Shown: positions 37,257-48,008 of the stretch, one piece after another
Layout of the letters: the number at the start of each line of letters is the position of its first letter
Numbering within the stretch: the stretch's first letter is position 1
Made by a program: the position numbers and the translations under genes
Notes under the pieces: generated by a model
What the model was told of the DNA's origin: nothing
Database searches by the model: none
The model's input: only the letters and a program-made list of their open reading frames with translations
DNA from: Muriicola sp.
Lineage (GTDB): Bacteria; Bacteroidota; Bacteroidia; Flavobacteriales; Flavobacteriaceae
Reading direction: 5' to 3'
Length of the DNA stretch: 64,000 nucleotides
Assembly: GCA_041744575.1 (NCBI GenBank)
Contig: JBGTKP010000057.1
Span: 35,821-99,820, forward strand

Positions 37257-37311
37257 AACTACATTTTTGATTATTTTTGGAATTGTTTTAATGCACAACA
37301 ACCTTCCAAAA

Positions 37312-39081
37312 ATGAGACCTATTATAGGAATGCTTGTCTTTTTTCTTCTGCTTTCCTGTGAGAATAAGCCGACAGATCGAACGGTAGACCATCAGACCCA
37401 TTTTGAGCAGTCCGGAGGTAAGGAAACGGCCACCTATGCCGAAACCATAGATTTTTATATCCGCTTGGCCAAAGAATTCCCCGAAATCAATATTCAGACC
37501 ATTGGAAGTACGGACAGCGGCAGACCCTTGCATATAGTCACCTATAACCACGACGGGGATTTTAATTTCAACAAGATAGGACAGAATAAAGTGATTGTTC
37601 TTATCAACAACGGGATTCACCCCGGGGAGAGCGACGGGATTGACGCCACGATGTTATTATACCGCGATCTCGTGACCAGAAAAATCGCAGTCCCGGAAAA
37701 TACAGTGGTCGTAACCATCCCCATTTACAATGTGGGCGGGGCACTCAACCGGAACAGCACTACTCGGGTCAATCAGAATGGTCCCGTATCCTATGGCTTT
37801 CGGGGGAACGCCAAAAATTATGACCTCAACAGGGATTTCATTAAAAGTGACACGAAAAATGCACAGACCTTCGCCAGTATTTTTCATTTGGTAAAACCTG
37901 ATATCTTCATTGATAACCATGTCAGTAACGGGGCAGATTACCAATATACCCTGACACATCTTTTTACTCAGCATGACAAACTGGGTGGCGAGCTGGGTCA
38001 ATTTCTCCACGAAACCATGATGCCGTCCCTGGAATCTTCCCTGGCGTCCGCGGGTTGGGAGATCACCCCTTATGTAAATGTTTTTAACAGGGTTCCCGAA
38101 TCCGGATTCACACAGTTCATAGATAGCCCGCGATATTCCACCGGATATACGGCTCTGTGGAACACCCTCGCAATGATGGTAGAAACCCATATGTTAAAAC
38201 CCTATCAGCAAAGGGTGATGGGCACTTACGCCCTCATGGCAGAAGTCCTGAAATTTGCGGAAAACCATAAGGAACGCATCAGGGAATTGAGGACCGAGGC
38301 CCTCATCAGACATCACAACTGGGAATATTATCCGCTGTCCTGGATGGCAGATACCACAAAAGTGACCCAGCTCAATTTCAAGGGTTACGAAGCGGATACC
38401 CTCCCAAGCCTCGTAACAGGATTTCCAAGGCTGAAATATGACCGGACAAGACCTTTTACCAGGAAGACCCCCTACCACAATTATTTTATTCCCAAAGATT
38501 CTGTAAAAATTCCCCAGGCTTATATTGTCAGTAAGGGATGGAATTCTGTTATCAGTCTAATGTCTGCCAATAATATTGATTTCAGGGTGCTTGAAAAAGA
38601 TACTACGGTGGTGGTAGAATCCTACAGGATTGCCGGTTATCAAACCACTGACGCTCCTTTTGAAGGCCATTACCTGCACTACGACACCAAGGTGGTTTCT
38701 ATCATGAGTGAAAAGGAATTCACTGCCGGTGACTTTCTCATTCCAACTGATCAGCCCGGGATCCGCTATATTCTGGAAACGCTGGAACCGGCTGCTGTGG
38801 ATTCTTTCTTTAACTGGAATTTTTTCGATACGATTTTGCAGGAAAAAGAAGGCTTTTCACCTTATGTATTTGAAGAAATTGCCGCCGAACTCTTGGCATC
38901 AGATACTGTTCTCAAAAAAGAGTTCGGGCAAAAAAAAGTAGCGGACACCCTTTTCTCAGGGAATTGGTTTGAACAATTGCAATGGATTTACCAGCATTCT
39001 GAGTATTATGAACCGGCCCATCTGCAATATCCCGTATATCGGGTTCCGTACGCAGAAACCGCCGCAAAAGATGGCAATTAG
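37312..39081 (+). CDS. M14-family zinc carboxypeptidase-like protein, lipoprotein/secreted
   Basis: I prefer the start at ATG 37312 (MRPIIGMLVFFLLLSC). NNGIHPGESDGIDA matches the HxxE zinc motif context of M14. Confidence 0.7.
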   Translation: MRPIIGMLVFFLLLSCENKPTDRTVDHQTHFEQSGGKETATYAETIDFYIRLAKEFPEINIQTIGSTDSGRPLHIVTYNHDGDFNFNKIGQNKVIVLINNGIHPGESDGIDATMLLYRDLVTRKIAVPENTVVVTIPIYNVGGALNRNSTTRVNQNGPVSYGFRGNAKNYDLNRDFIKSDTKNAQTFASIFHLVKPDIFIDNHVSNGADYQYTLTHLFTQHDKLGGELGQFLHETMMPSLESSLASAGWEITPYVNVFNRVPESGFTQFIDSPRYSTGYTALWNTLAMMVETHMLKPYQQRVMGTYALMAEVLKFAENHKERIRELRTEALIRHHNWEYYPLSWMADTTKVTQLNFKGYEADTLPSLVTGFPRLKYDRTRPFTRKTPYHNYFIPKDSVKIPQAYIVSKGWNSVISLMSANNIDFRVLEKDTTVVVESYRIAGYQTTDAPFEGHYLHYDTKVVSIMSEKEFTAGDFLIPTDQPGIRYILETLEPAAVDSFFNWNFFDTILQEKEGFSPYVFEEIAAELLASDTVLKKEFGQKKVADTLFSGNWFEQLQWIYQHSEYYEPAHLQYPVYRVPYAETAAKDGN

Positions 39082-39674
39082 TGTGAAAACAGAATTTTTA
39101 TATTCGTATAGGAATTGTTGAGGGCTTTCTGGATTTTTTTAGGCCCTTTCCACTTTACCTTCACTATTCCTTCATTTTTCTGCCCCTCTAATTTACCGGT
39201 ATGGTTTGTGGTCATGGCATACCAGTGGACCTCTTTCAATTTGTATTTTGTCTTTTTCTTGAATACGTGATAGGTGGTTGTTAAGAAGTTGGTAATTTTC
39301 AGGTCGGTGACCCCTGTTTCTTCTGCAGTTTCCCTTAATGCACATTCCTCAAGGGTTTCGCCTTTTTCCAGTTTTCCCTTGGGCAGATCCCATTTCTCAT
39401 TTCGATAGATAAACAGTACTTTGCCTTCCTTGTTGGTTACCACACCCCCCGCTGCCATGACCAGGGGTATTTTTTTGGTAAACTTTTTAAGTATTTTCTC
39501 TATATTGGGATGGTAGATATAAGCCTCAGAAAGACGCCTGCTGACGAGCGATTCAATAGCGTTGCCAATAGCCGCTTTGTTTAACAGGAAATAGTCGCCG
39601 TTGGCAGTTTCTGATAACTTGTCTGTTAAAATCAACGGAGATTCATTTACAAAAACTTTATACATTTGCTCCAT
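39078..39674 (-). CDS. NUDIX hydrolase
   Basis: Nudix box GKLEKGETLEECALRETAEETGV. The start is uncertain (39701, 39674 or 39665). A start at 39674 shares a CCATGG with the divergent pyrE start. Confidence 0.8.
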   Translation of the reverse strand: MEQMYKVFVNESPLILTDKLSETANGDYFLLNKAAIGNAIESLVSRRLSEAYIYHPNIEKILKKFTKKIPLVMAAGGVVTNKEGKVLFIYRNEKWDLPKGKLEKGETLEECALRETAEETGVTDLKITNFLTTTYHVFKKKTKYKLKEVHWYAMTTNHTGKLEGQKNEGIVKVKWKGPKKIQKALNNSYTNIKILFSH

Positions 39675-40314
39675 GGTATTAAACAAGGACACCGCTGCCA
39701 AGACAGCTGAGCTTTTGTTGCAAATTAATGCAATTAAGTTGAAACCTGAAAATCCGTTTACCTGGGCATCAGGATGGAAATCACCAATTTACTGCGATAA
39801 TCGAATAATTTTATCTTATCCGGACATTAGAAATTATATCCGGGAGGCCATGGCAAACCAGTTGGAGCAACTCTATGGAAAGCCGGATGTGGTCGCAGGA
39901 GTGGCTACAGGAGCCATAGGGATTGGCCTCCTGGTAGCAGATTTTCTGGGCCTGCCTTTTATCTATGTGCGGCCAGAAGCCAAATCCCATGGCAGGCAGA
40001 ACCAGATTGAAGGCCAGTTGGAATCCGGACAGAGCGTTGTGGTCATCGAGGACCTGATCAGTACAGGCAAAAGCAGCCTCCATGCTGTTGAGGCCCTGAT
40101 ATCTTTTGGCGCTGTGGTTAAGGGGATGATCGCTATCTTTTCCTATGGTTTTGAAGTGGCTACGAATAATTTCCGAAGGCAACAGCTGGCCCTGCATACG
40201 CTATGCGACTATCCGCAACTGATCCGGCTGGCAACGGAAACAAATTATATCGAAGAAAAACAACAAGCAACCCTGTTGGAATGGCGATCCGATCCGGCAG
40301 GTTGGAAACGCTAA
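39673..40314 (+). CDS. pyrE: Orotate phosphoribosyltransferase
   Basis: I prefer the start at ATG 39673 (MVLNKDTAAKTAELLL). FTWASGWKSPIYCDNR and the PRPP loop VVVIEDLISTGKSS. Confidence 0.92.
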   Translation: MVLNKDTAAKTAELLLQINAIKLKPENPFTWASGWKSPIYCDNRIILSYPDIRNYIREAMANQLEQLYGKPDVVAGVATGAIGIGLLVADFLGLPFIYVRPEAKSHGRQNQIEGQLESGQSVVVIEDLISTGKSSLHAVEALISFGAVVKGMIAIFSYGFEVATNNFRRQQLALHTLCDYPQLIRLATETNYIEEKQQATLLEWRSDPAGWKR

Positions 40315-40318
40315 AAAG

Positions 40319-40711
40319 ATGCAACTAAATACCCCCCCTAAAACAGTTTCCAGAGGTGCTGAGGAGGTGTTCTCATTTCTGACCGATCTTCAAAATTTCA
40401 GTATCCTGCTTCCCGAATCAACTGAGAAGTTTGAATTACTCGATTCAGATGCCTTTCTTTTCGCCCTAAAGGGCATGCCTGAAATTTCGTTAAAAAGGAA
40501 GTCACAACTCGCCAATGAAAAGCTGGTTCTGGGTGCTGCCAATCAAAAACTGCCCTTTTTACTAACCATTGACATTGCGGCCCGGGGCCCGGAGGAAAGC
40601 GACGTTTCTTTCCATTTTGACGGAGAATTCAATGCGATGATGGCCATGATGGTTAAAGCACCTATTTCTAAATTTCTGAGCACCCTTTCCGAGAACCTTT
40701 CCCGCATCTGA
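40319..40711 (+). CDS. SRPBCC-like (START/polyketide-cyclase fold) hypothetical protein
   Basis: 130 aa. The assignment rests only on the general pattern (FSFLTDLQNF... with alternating beta-strand segments) and is weak. Confidence 0.4.
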   Translation: MQLNTPPKTVSRGAEEVFSFLTDLQNFSILLPESTEKFELLDSDAFLFALKGMPEISLKRKSQLANEKLVLGAANQKLPFLLTIDIAARGPEESDVSFHFDGEFNAMMAMMVKAPISKFLSTLSENLSRI

Positions 40712-40738
40712 AGAAAATTTTCTTAAGAAAAGAGGTAT

Positions 40739-41464
40739 TCAATAGAGCAGCTGCACTTCTTTATGAGCATAGTCTGAGAGCACGCCCTCAGCTGTTTCCA
40801 AACGGAGTTTTCCCTCTCCTGTAACACCGCGGATGACTCCCGGGAAAGTGTTCCCGTGCCTATCCCTGAACGTGGACGGGCTGTCCTTTCTGAAAAGAAC
40901 ACTTTCATAATCCTTGTACAAACTCTCCAACATTACCGCTTCGCCGAATCTAACCGCTATCCTGTCAATTAGCGCCGTCAGTATTTCATCCGTATCCCAG
41001 GTGATGCCCAGAAGCAATTTCATGGAAGTAACCTTTGTAAGATCCTTAAAACGGACCTGGTTGATATTTAATCCTATGCCAAGAACAGAGGCATAGATTC
41101 CCGAAGTATTCAGGATATTTTCTATAAGTATACCACAAATTTTGGAAGAACCTGACAGAATGTCGTTGGGCCATTTGATACTAACATCAGGAATCTGAAA
41201 TGTTTTCAGAACATCAAGAATGGCCAAGGAGGTTCTTATGGTCAGGGTAAACTGCGATCTGACATCCAGCCCTTCGAATTTTTTTAATATACTGAAAGTA
41301 AGGTTTTTACCTGCTTCAGACTGCCATTTTGTTCCCATTTGACCACGGCCTTGTCTCTGGGAATTTGCCACGACCACCGTAAAGTCATCCAATACTTCTG
41401 AAAGCATTGCGTTCTTGATATAAGAATTGGTGGAGTCGGTGGCATCAAGTTTGATTATATGCAT
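40739..41464 (-). CDS. birA: Biotin--[acetyl-CoA-carboxylase] ligase (no N-terminal HTH)
   Basis: 241 aa. QRQGRGQMGTKWQSEAGKNL (the GRGRxGRxW-type motif) and KWPNDIL. Confidence 0.85.
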   Translation of the reverse strand: MHIIKLDATDSTNSYIKNAMLSEVLDDFTVVVANSQRQGRGQMGTKWQSEAGKNLTFSILKKFEGLDVRSQFTLTIRTSLAILDVLKTFQIPDVSIKWPNDILSGSSKICGILIENILNTSGIYASVLGIGLNINQVRFKDLTKVTSMKLLLGITWDTDEILTALIDRIAVRFGEAVMLESLYKDYESVLFRKDSPSTFRDRHGNTFPGVIRGVTGEGKLRLETAEGVLSDYAHKEVQLLY

Positions 41465-41558
41465 GTTGCGGCCGTTGTTTTTGAACTACAATGTTATGTT
41501 AAAAACACTGGTCAAGAAAGTAAAAAAATAATAACTTTGTAGAAACTAAAAATTCTGA

Positions 41559-41945
41559 ATGCAGAAAAGGAAAGCAAGTGCAGATGAATTGATTACCTTG
41601 ATCTTACACGGAATAGAAGAAGTAAAAGGACTGGAAATAAATGTACTTGATCTTAGTGATATAGAAAACACTGTTTGTGACTGCTTTATCATCTGTAATG
41701 GGACTTCCAATACGCATGTAAAGGCGATCGTCAATTCCATCCAAAAATCAGTTAGCAAAGAATTAAAGGACAAGCCCTGGCATGTGGAGGGTTCTGAGAA
41801 TGCCGAATGGGTGTTGCTGGATTATGTGAATGTAGTTGTTCATGTATTTCAGAAACATATCAGGGAATTTTATGATATTGAAGGCCTGTGGGGAGATGCC
41901 AAGGTCACGATGGTTGAAAGCAGCTTTAACAAGACCCTTCAGTAA
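41559..41945 (+). CDS. rsfS: Ribosome silencing factor RsfS
   Basis: 128 aa. FIICNGTSNTHVKAI, EWVLLDYVNVVVHVF and REFYDIEGLW are typical of RsfS/Iojap. Confidence 0.9.
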   Translation: MQKRKASADELITLILHGIEEVKGLEINVLDLSDIENTVCDCFIICNGTSNTHVKAIVNSIQKSVSKELKDKPWHVEGSENAEWVLLDYVNVVVHVFQKHIREFYDIEGLWGDAKVTMVESSFNKTLQ

Positions 41946-41963
41946 ACCTACTGAAGAGAAAAA

Positions 41964-43961
41964 TTGACAATGGCAAAGGAAAACAAAGCACCTCAAAAAA
42001 AACCAAGGTTCAGTGCATGGTGGATATATGGTCTCATAGCGATCCTGCTTATCGGATTTCAGTTTTTCGGGAGTGGAAATCTTTCATCCACAAAAAAAAC
42101 GACCACATCGGAACTTCAGGAATACCTTAGGAATGGTGATATTACCAAGATCCTGATAATTACCAATACGAATCAGGCGAAGGTATTTTTAAGTGAAGAG
42201 GCCCTTCAGAAAGACGTTCATAAAGATGTATCAGACAAGCCGCTCTTTCCCTCTACGGGGATCGTTCCGCAATACGTTCTGGATTATGGCGACCTGCAGA
42301 TATTTCAAAATGAGATAACGGACATCAAGAAAGAAAACAATCTGGATACGATTGTGGAATTTGATAAGGAATCCAACCTATTCATGGAGATGCTCCTTAC
42401 CATTTTGCCCTTCGTACTCATTATCGGTATTTGGATCTACTTAATGCGCCGTATGTCAGGTGGGGCCGGTGGCGGAGCAGGAGGACAGATATTTAATATC
42501 GGTAAATCCAAGGCGAAACTATTTGACGAAAAATCGGATACCCGTACGTCCTTTAAGGATGTCGCCGGGCTGGAAGGTGCCAAGGAGGAAGTGGAGGAGA
42601 TTGTGGAATTCCTGAAATATCCGGACAAGTATACTTCCCTTGGGGGAAAGATCCCAAAAGGTGCGCTGTTGGTTGGCCCTCCTGGTACCGGAAAGACCTT
42701 GCTTGCCAAGGCCGTGGCCGGGGAGGCAAAGGTGCCGTTTTTCTCTCTTTCCGGATCCGATTTTGTTGAGATGTTTGTAGGGGTCGGAGCTTCAAGGGTA
42801 CGAGATCTCTTTAAGCAGGCCAAAGATAAATCGCCATCGATCATCTTTATTGATGAAATTGATGCCATTGGTCGCGCACGCGGGAAAAACAACTTTACGG
42901 GATCCAATGACGAACGGGAAAACACGCTGAACCAGCTTTTGACCGAAATGGACGGGTTCGGAACCAATACAAACGTCATTGTACTTGCGGCAACCAACCG
43001 GGCCGACGTCCTGGACAAGGCGTTGATGCGTGCGGGCAGATTTGACCGTCAGATTTATGTTGACCTTCCTGACATCCGGGAACGAAAAGAAATCTTTGAG
43101 GTCCATTTGAGACCCATTAAGACCGCCGAGACCCTCGATCTCGATTTTCTTGCCAGGCAGACTCCTGGTTTTTCCGGAGCAGACATTGCCAACGTATGTA
43201 ACGAAGCCGCACTTATTGCTGCGAGAAAGGAAAAAAAAGCAGTTACCAAAGAAGATTTTCTGGATGCTGTTGACCGGATTGTAGGCGGTTTAGAGAAGAA
43301 AAATAAAATTATCACCCCTGGAGAAAAAAAGACCATCGCCTATCATGAAGCGGGTCATGCAACTGTCAGCTGGATGCTGGAACATGCTGCTCCTCTCGTA
43401 AAGGTGACCATAGTTCCAAGAGGTCAGTCCCTGGGTGCCGCCTGGTATCTTCCGGAGGAAAGGCTCATCGTCCGTACTGAGCAAATGAAAGACGAAATGT
43501 GTGCCACTTTGGGCGGCCGGGCAGCAGAGAAGGTCATCTTTGACAAAATTTCCACAGGGGCGCTGAGTGATCTGGAAAAAGTCACCAAGCAGGCGCGTGC
43601 CATGGTAACCATATACGGCCTGAATGATCAAATAGGCAACCTTACCTACTATGATTCCTCCGGGCAGACCGACTATGGATTTTCAAAACCTTACAGTGAG
43701 GATACTGCTCAGAAGATCGATAAGGAAATCTCCAAACTTATCGAAGAGCAGTACAAAAGGGCTGTGGATGTTCTTGAAAAAAATAAGGACAAACTGACCA
43801 TATTGGCCGAAAGGCTATTGGAAAAAGAAGTTATCTTTAAGGAGGATTTGGAAAAGATTTTTGGCAAGCGTCCTTTTGATAAAGAATTTGACGGACAGGG
43901 GCAGGAGATCATAGAAGTCGCGAAACTGAATCCCGACCGGATTCCCAAAGAAAATAATTGA
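41964..43961 (+). CDS. ftsH: ATP-dependent zinc metalloprotease FtsH
   Basis: 665 aa. Walker [17 protein letters not shown] region, and zinc motif HEAGHA. Confidence 0.97.
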   Translation: MTMAKENKAPQKKPRFSAWWIYGLIAILLIGFQFFGSGNLSSTKKTTTSELQEYLRNGDITKILIITNTNQAKVFLSEEALQKDVHKDVSDKPLFPSTGIVPQYVLDYGDLQIFQNEITDIKKENNLDTIVEFDKESNLFMEMLLTILPFVLIIGIWIYLMRRMSGGAGGGAGGQIFNIGKSKAKLFDEKSDTRTSFKDVAGLEGAKEEVEEIVEFLKYPDKYTSLGGKIPKGALLVGPPGTGKTLLAKAVAGEAKVPFFSLSGSDFVEMFVGVGASRVRDLFKQAKDKSPSIIFIDEIDAIGRARGKNNFTGSNDERENTLNQLLTEMDGFGTNTNVIVLAATNRADVLDKALMRAGRFDRQIYVDLPDIRERKEIFEVHLRPIKTAETLDLDFLARQTPGFSGADIANVCNEAALIAARKEKKAVTKEDFLDAVDRIVGGLEKKNKIITPGEKKTIAYHEAGHATVSWMLEHAAPLVKVTIVPRGQSLGAAWYLPEERLIVRTEQMKDEMCATLGGRAAEKVIFDKISTGALSDLEKVTKQARAMVTIYGLNDQIGNLTYYDSSGQTDYGFSKPYSEDTAQKIDKEISKLIEEQYKRAVDVLEKNKDKLTILAERLLEKEVIFKEDLEKIFGKRPFDKEFDGQGQEIIEVAKLNPDRIPKENN

Positions 43962-44016
43962 TCCTGTTAAACCTTTTCCTAGAACACATCGGACAACAGA
44001 TGCATAATTCCTGTAA

Positions 44017-44628
44017 ATGGGTCTTTTAAATAAGTTATTTGGCGGAGGAAAAAAGAAAGTTTCCCGGGAAACGGCAGAAACCAGAGGAGTTCACATGCCC
44101 GACCTCAATCTGCCAATAGATGAGAAATTTACCATTCATTTTAAGAAGAACGGAGGTAAATTTCTTTACTGCGACTCCTTCAGGGAAATTTCGGATGCCC
44201 TTAAAAATATTATTGAAGAAAACGGATGGCAGAAAAACACCTTCTACCTGATCGATTCCAAGCTGGAAAGTAAATTCTCCAATCAGCAGCTTAGCTTTAC
44301 AAACAACGCCAAATCAAGTGAAATCTTCTTCACTACCTGTGAACACCTCATTGCACAAAATGGTTCCATCCTGGTTTGTTCGAACCAAATGAACGAAAAG
44401 AAACTTAATGAAGTTCCGGAAAATGTAATTGTCTTTGCCACTACCAGTCAGTTGGTAGATACGATCGGAGAAGGACTGAAGACGATCAAAAAAAAATATA
44501 AAAACAACATTCCCGCCAACATTACCACCATCAAGCACTTTCAGGCCAATAATGAAAATGCAGATGATTTCCTGACCTACGGAAGCAGTTCTAAACACTT
44601 ATACTTATTACTCCTGGAAGACCTGTAA
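44017..44628 (+). CDS. LUD (LutC/YkgG-like) domain protein
   Basis: 203 aa. Tentative, based on size, pattern and the position after ftsH that I recall from flavobacterial genomes. Confidence 0.5.
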   Translation: MGLLNKLFGGGKKKVSRETAETRGVHMPDLNLPIDEKFTIHFKKNGGKFLYCDSFREISDALKNIIEENGWQKNTFYLIDSKLESKFSNQQLSFTNNAKSSEIFFTTCEHLIAQNGSILVCSNQMNEKKLNEVPENVIVFATTSQLVDTIGEGLKTIKKKYKNNIPANITTIKHFQANNENADDFLTYGSSSKHLYLLLLEDL

Positions 44629-44630
44629 CC

Positions 44631-45434
44631 ATGAGAGAACTTCTTAGGCGATTACTGACAGGGGCGCTCTATGTTATCATCCTGCTTTCCGCGGTATTTC
44701 TGAGTTCAGATGCCTTTGATTTTTTGTTCATGACCTTCGGGCTGACCTGCCTGTACGAATTCAAGCGGCTGGTACAACTGCGGGGATTTTACATTTTTAT
44801 AGCCTACCTGGCCCTGTGGTGGGGATTTATTTACCTTATCCACGATAAAGTATTGATCAATATCCTGATGTTTTTGACCATAACGGTTAATTTTGCCCTG
44901 CTGTTTTATTTATTTTCGAAGAAGGAGAAATTGTTCAACAATCTGCAAAAATTCATAATAGGCCTATTCTATATTGGCGGGGGGTGTATCTTTCTGACCA
45001 TGATCCCTTATAAGGAAAGCATCTTTGCCCGATATTTGATAATGGGTATTTTTATTCTGATATGGGTGAATGATTCCTTCGCCTATCTGGTGGGGAAATA
45101 CTTGGGACGGACAAAACTTTTCCCGGCGGTTTCCCCCAAAAAAACCTGGGAAGGTACCGTGGGCGGGTTTGTTTTCACGCTGCTGGCAGCCTATATTCTT
45201 TCAGGCTTCGAACCTCTGGTGAATACGGCACAATGGCTGGTCCTGGCATCGGTCATTGTAGTCATGGGCAGTTTGGGGGATCTGATCGAATCCAAATTAA
45301 AACGCCGGGCCGGGGTGAAGGACAGTGGCGCAATTTTACCGGGACATGGAGGGATGCTTGACCGGATGGACAGTCTTATATTTGCCGCCCCGTTTGCCTA
45401 TCTAACATTAATTATATTTACCTATGTTTCATAA
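44631..45434 (+). CDS. cdsA: Phosphatidate cytidylyltransferase
   Basis: 267 aa polytopic protein. C-terminal signature SKLKRRAGVKDSGAILPGHGGMLDRMDS. Confidence 0.88.
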   Translation: MRELLRRLLTGALYVIILLSAVFLSSDAFDFLFMTFGLTCLYEFKRLVQLRGFYIFIAYLALWWGFIYLIHDKVLINILMFLTITVNFALLFYLFSKKEKLFNNLQKFIIGLFYIGGGCIFLTMIPYKESIFARYLIMGIFILIWVNDSFAYLVGKYLGRTKLFPAVSPKKTWEGTVGGFVFTLLAAYILSGFEPLVNTAQWLVLASVIVVMGSLGDLIESKLKRRAGVKDSGAILPGHGGMLDRMDSLIFAAPFAYLTLIIFTYVS

Positions 45435-46092
45435 GGAAGGACAGAAAATCATTATTGTTGTATTCTCTATTGTTTGTGCCATTGCCCTAGTGGCTCAATT
45501 TTATATCGATATTGCCTGGTTGCGCCTGACCCTGCAGATAGGCGGGCTCCTCTTTCTGTTAATTGTCCTTCAGTTTTTTCGAAACCCTGCACGGAACGCA
45601 CCCAAGAATTTCGATGAAATACTCGCTCCTGCAGACGGGAAAGTGGTGGTTATAGAAGAGGTGACAGACACCGAATATTTTAAAGACCGAAGACGGCAGG
45701 TCTCTATCTTTATGTCCCCCGTAAATGTGCATGTGACCCGGTACCCAGCAAGCGGACTTATCCGGTATTCCAAATACCATCCGGGAGAATACCTTGTAGC
45801 CTGGCATCCAAAATCGAGTGAAAAGAATGAACGCACCACCGTGGTCATCAATACTCCTAAATTCGGTGACATTCTCTACCGGCAGATAGCCGGGGCTCTC
45901 GCCAGAAGGATCGTGAACTATGCGGAAGTGGGGGAAAGTGTCCAACAGGGCGATGATGCCGGATTTATTAAATTTGGCTCCAGAATAGATTTGTTACTAC
46001 CTTTGGATTGCAAGATCACCGTAAAACTAAACCAGAAAGTAGTCGGTGCCAACACCTGTATCGCCATGCTGGGCAAAAAAAATGACGAATGA
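45424..46092 (+). CDS. psd: Phosphatidylserine decarboxylase proenzyme
   Basis: 222 aa. FMSPVNVHV and the FGSR self-cleavage-type motif (IKFGSRIDLLLP). Confidence 0.88.
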   Translation: MFHKEGQKIIIVVFSIVCAIALVAQFYIDIAWLRLTLQIGGLLFLLIVLQFFRNPARNAPKNFDEILAPADGKVVVIEEVTDTEYFKDRRRQVSIFMSPVNVHVTRYPASGLIRYSKYHPGEYLVAWHPKSSEKNERTTVVINTPKFGDILYRQIAGALARRIVNYAEVGESVQQGDDAGFIKFGSRIDLLLPLDCKITVKLNQKVVGANTCIAMLGKKNDE

Positions 46093-46354
46093 AAAACTAT
46101 ATACCGCTTTTTTAAAGGCCGTGGCCTCGGTAAATGATTATTCCCATCCCCTGCCTGCGGATGTTTTATTAAAGTTGTACGCCTATTACAAGATTGCCAA
46201 GCAATATTCCAACAATCCGCCTCAGAGCAAGACCCCTCTGATTAATGCCTTTAAGGCCAATGCCCTCATACAGGCACAAAATTTGACTCAGGAAGAAGCG
46301 ATGAAGAATTATGTGGCTTTGGTCAAAAAAGAGGTCACCTCCAAATTAAAATAA
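46082..46354 (+). CDS. Acyl-CoA-binding protein (ACBP)
   Basis: I prefer the start at ATG 46082 (MTNEKLYTAF...). LLKLYAYYKIAKQ and ...AFKANALI resemble the ACBP YKQA-type motif. Confidence 0.7.
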   Translation: MTNEKLYTAFLKAVASVNDYSHPLPADVLLKLYAYYKIAKQYSNNPPQSKTPLINAFKANALIQAQNLTQEEAMKNYVALVKKEVTSKLK

Positions 46355-46360
46355 ACCTGA

Positions 46361-47128
46361 TCATTCATAAAGATCTTTTTTGTCGGCATGACAAAGTTCC
46401 AGGAATAATTCCCCCATTTTACGAGTAACATCTTCAAAGTATCTGGCGCCTTTTTCTGCAGTTGCCAGACCCGGATTTCCTACCCCCGTATCCTTGCTGA
46501 TCTCTGACCATTTCCGTTCGGCCCATACCCATCCCTCGGAAAAGGCCTTTATCTTTGGCTTTCTCGAGGCACCATCGCCCCATTTCTCGCGCGGCAGGAC
46601 GAGCTCCGGTTTTAAATACAGTATCAGACTTGTTTCCATCTCATCGGCATGGTCGCCGGCTTCTTCAAAATAGGCCGATTTATCCAGGGCCTGAAACCAA
46701 TTGGAATAACATAGGAACATTTGCGGAAACTTCAATCCCAACTCCCGCACAAGGACTTTAAAATCGTTACCTCCGTGGCTGTTGAAGATGAGTAGTTTAT
46801 GTATTCCCTGCCTGTCCAGGGTAGTGATTACATCAGAAAGGATAGCCATCTGGGTGCTTGGATTCAGATTGATATCAAGATAAATATCAGACTGCCCGGT
46901 GTTTATGCCAAACGGGATGGCAGGCAAGACAATGACGCTCCCGCCCTTCTCCCATGCATGTCTTGCGGCCTCCGCTGCCAGGTGGTCCGATTCTATCACA
47001 TCGGTACTGTATGGGAGGTGAAAATTATGGGCTTCGGTAGCCCCCCAGGGTAATACTGCAAGTTCAAAGCGCTCCTTTTTGAGTGCCTCCCAATTTGTTT
47101 CTGCCAGGATATAAGGTCTGATGGCCAT
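46361..47128 (-). CDS. Creatininase family (creatinine amidohydrolase-like) protein
   Basis: 255 aa. LPWGATEAHNFHLPYSTD, FNSHGGN and GDHADEMETS motifs. Confidence 0.85.
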   Translation of the reverse strand: MAIRPYILAETNWEALKKERFELAVLPWGATEAHNFHLPYSTDVIESDHLAAEAARHAWEKGGSVIVLPAIPFGINTGQSDIYLDINLNPSTQMAILSDVITTLDRQGIHKLLIFNSHGGNDFKVLVRELGLKFPQMFLCYSNWFQALDKSAYFEEAGDHADEMETSLILYLKPELVLPREKWGDGASRKPKIKAFSEGWVWAERKWSEISKDTGVGNPGLATAEKGARYFEDVTRKMGELFLELCHADKKDLYE

Positions 47129-47300
47129 AAAAATAATTTAAACCGGATGATCAAAAAAAGGCTTTTCTTCCGTGGGGTTTAGCTTGCACATTCCGTCGCA
47201 AAGCGGCAAACGGCTTGTTGCGGAACAAAGTTATGGGAATTTATTTGCTTTCCGGCATCGGCAGTGGCAAGCCGTATTCCGCCCTGCCGGTTTCCCCGTG

Positions 47301-48008
47301 TTATTCTGTTTCCAACCCGACCCGTAAAATAAAGCCACGGCCGTGCACATTTTCTATTTTAATACGTTTGTCCCTTTCCAGGTGTTTCCTCAAATGTGTA
47401 ACAAAAACATTGAGGCTTTTTTTATTGAAATAGTCATTTTTTCCCCAGAGTTGTAGCAGAATATCCTTATGCGTGCACAATTGATTGCGATTGGAAACCA
47501 GAAATTGCAGTAACTCATTCTCCCTGGAGGTCAGGCGAATGGTATCACCCTGAAACTTGAGTTCCTGATTGAGAAAATTAAAATGATAGGCCCCTATGTC
47601 ATAACTGCTCTGCTGGGCTTCGTCCTTCCTGGTGCCGATTCTCTGTAATAACGCCTCTATGCGCGCCACAAGTTCTTCCTCGTCAATAGGTTTCTTCAGG
47701 TAATCTACTGCCCCTACAGACAGTCCCTTCAAAACATCGATCTTCATAGATCTTGCACTCAGGAAAAGAAAAGGCATTTCAGGACATTCCTTCTGTAATC
47801 GACCTGCAAGTGTAAAGCCATCCATTTTCGGCATCATAACATCCAGGATCGCCAGATCATATTTATTGTCCGAAAGCATGCCTACAGCACTTTCACCTTC
47901 CCTGGCCCAGGCAATCTCAAAACCTTTCATTCTTAGGTATTCAGAAAGGACGTATCCCAGGGACTGATCGTCTTCTACCAGCAATATCCTATATCTTGTA
48001 TCACTCAT
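47301..48008 (-). CDS. OmpR/PhoB-type response regulator
   Basis: 235 aa. Receiver domain (ILLVEDD, DLAILDVMMPKMDG) and winged-helix output domain (LTSRENELLQFLV...VHGRGF). Confidence 0.9.
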   Translation of the reverse strand: MSDTRYRILLVEDDQSLGYVLSEYLRMKGFEIAWAREGESAVGMLSDNKYDLAILDVMMPKMDGFTLAGRLQKECPEMPFLFLSARSMKIDVLKGLSVGAVDYLKKPIDEEELVARIEALLQRIGTRKDEAQQSSYDIGAYHFNFLNQELKFQGDTIRLTSRENELLQFLVSNRNQLCTHKDILLQLWGKNDYFNKKSLNVFVTHLRKHLERDKRIKIENVHGRGFILRVGLETE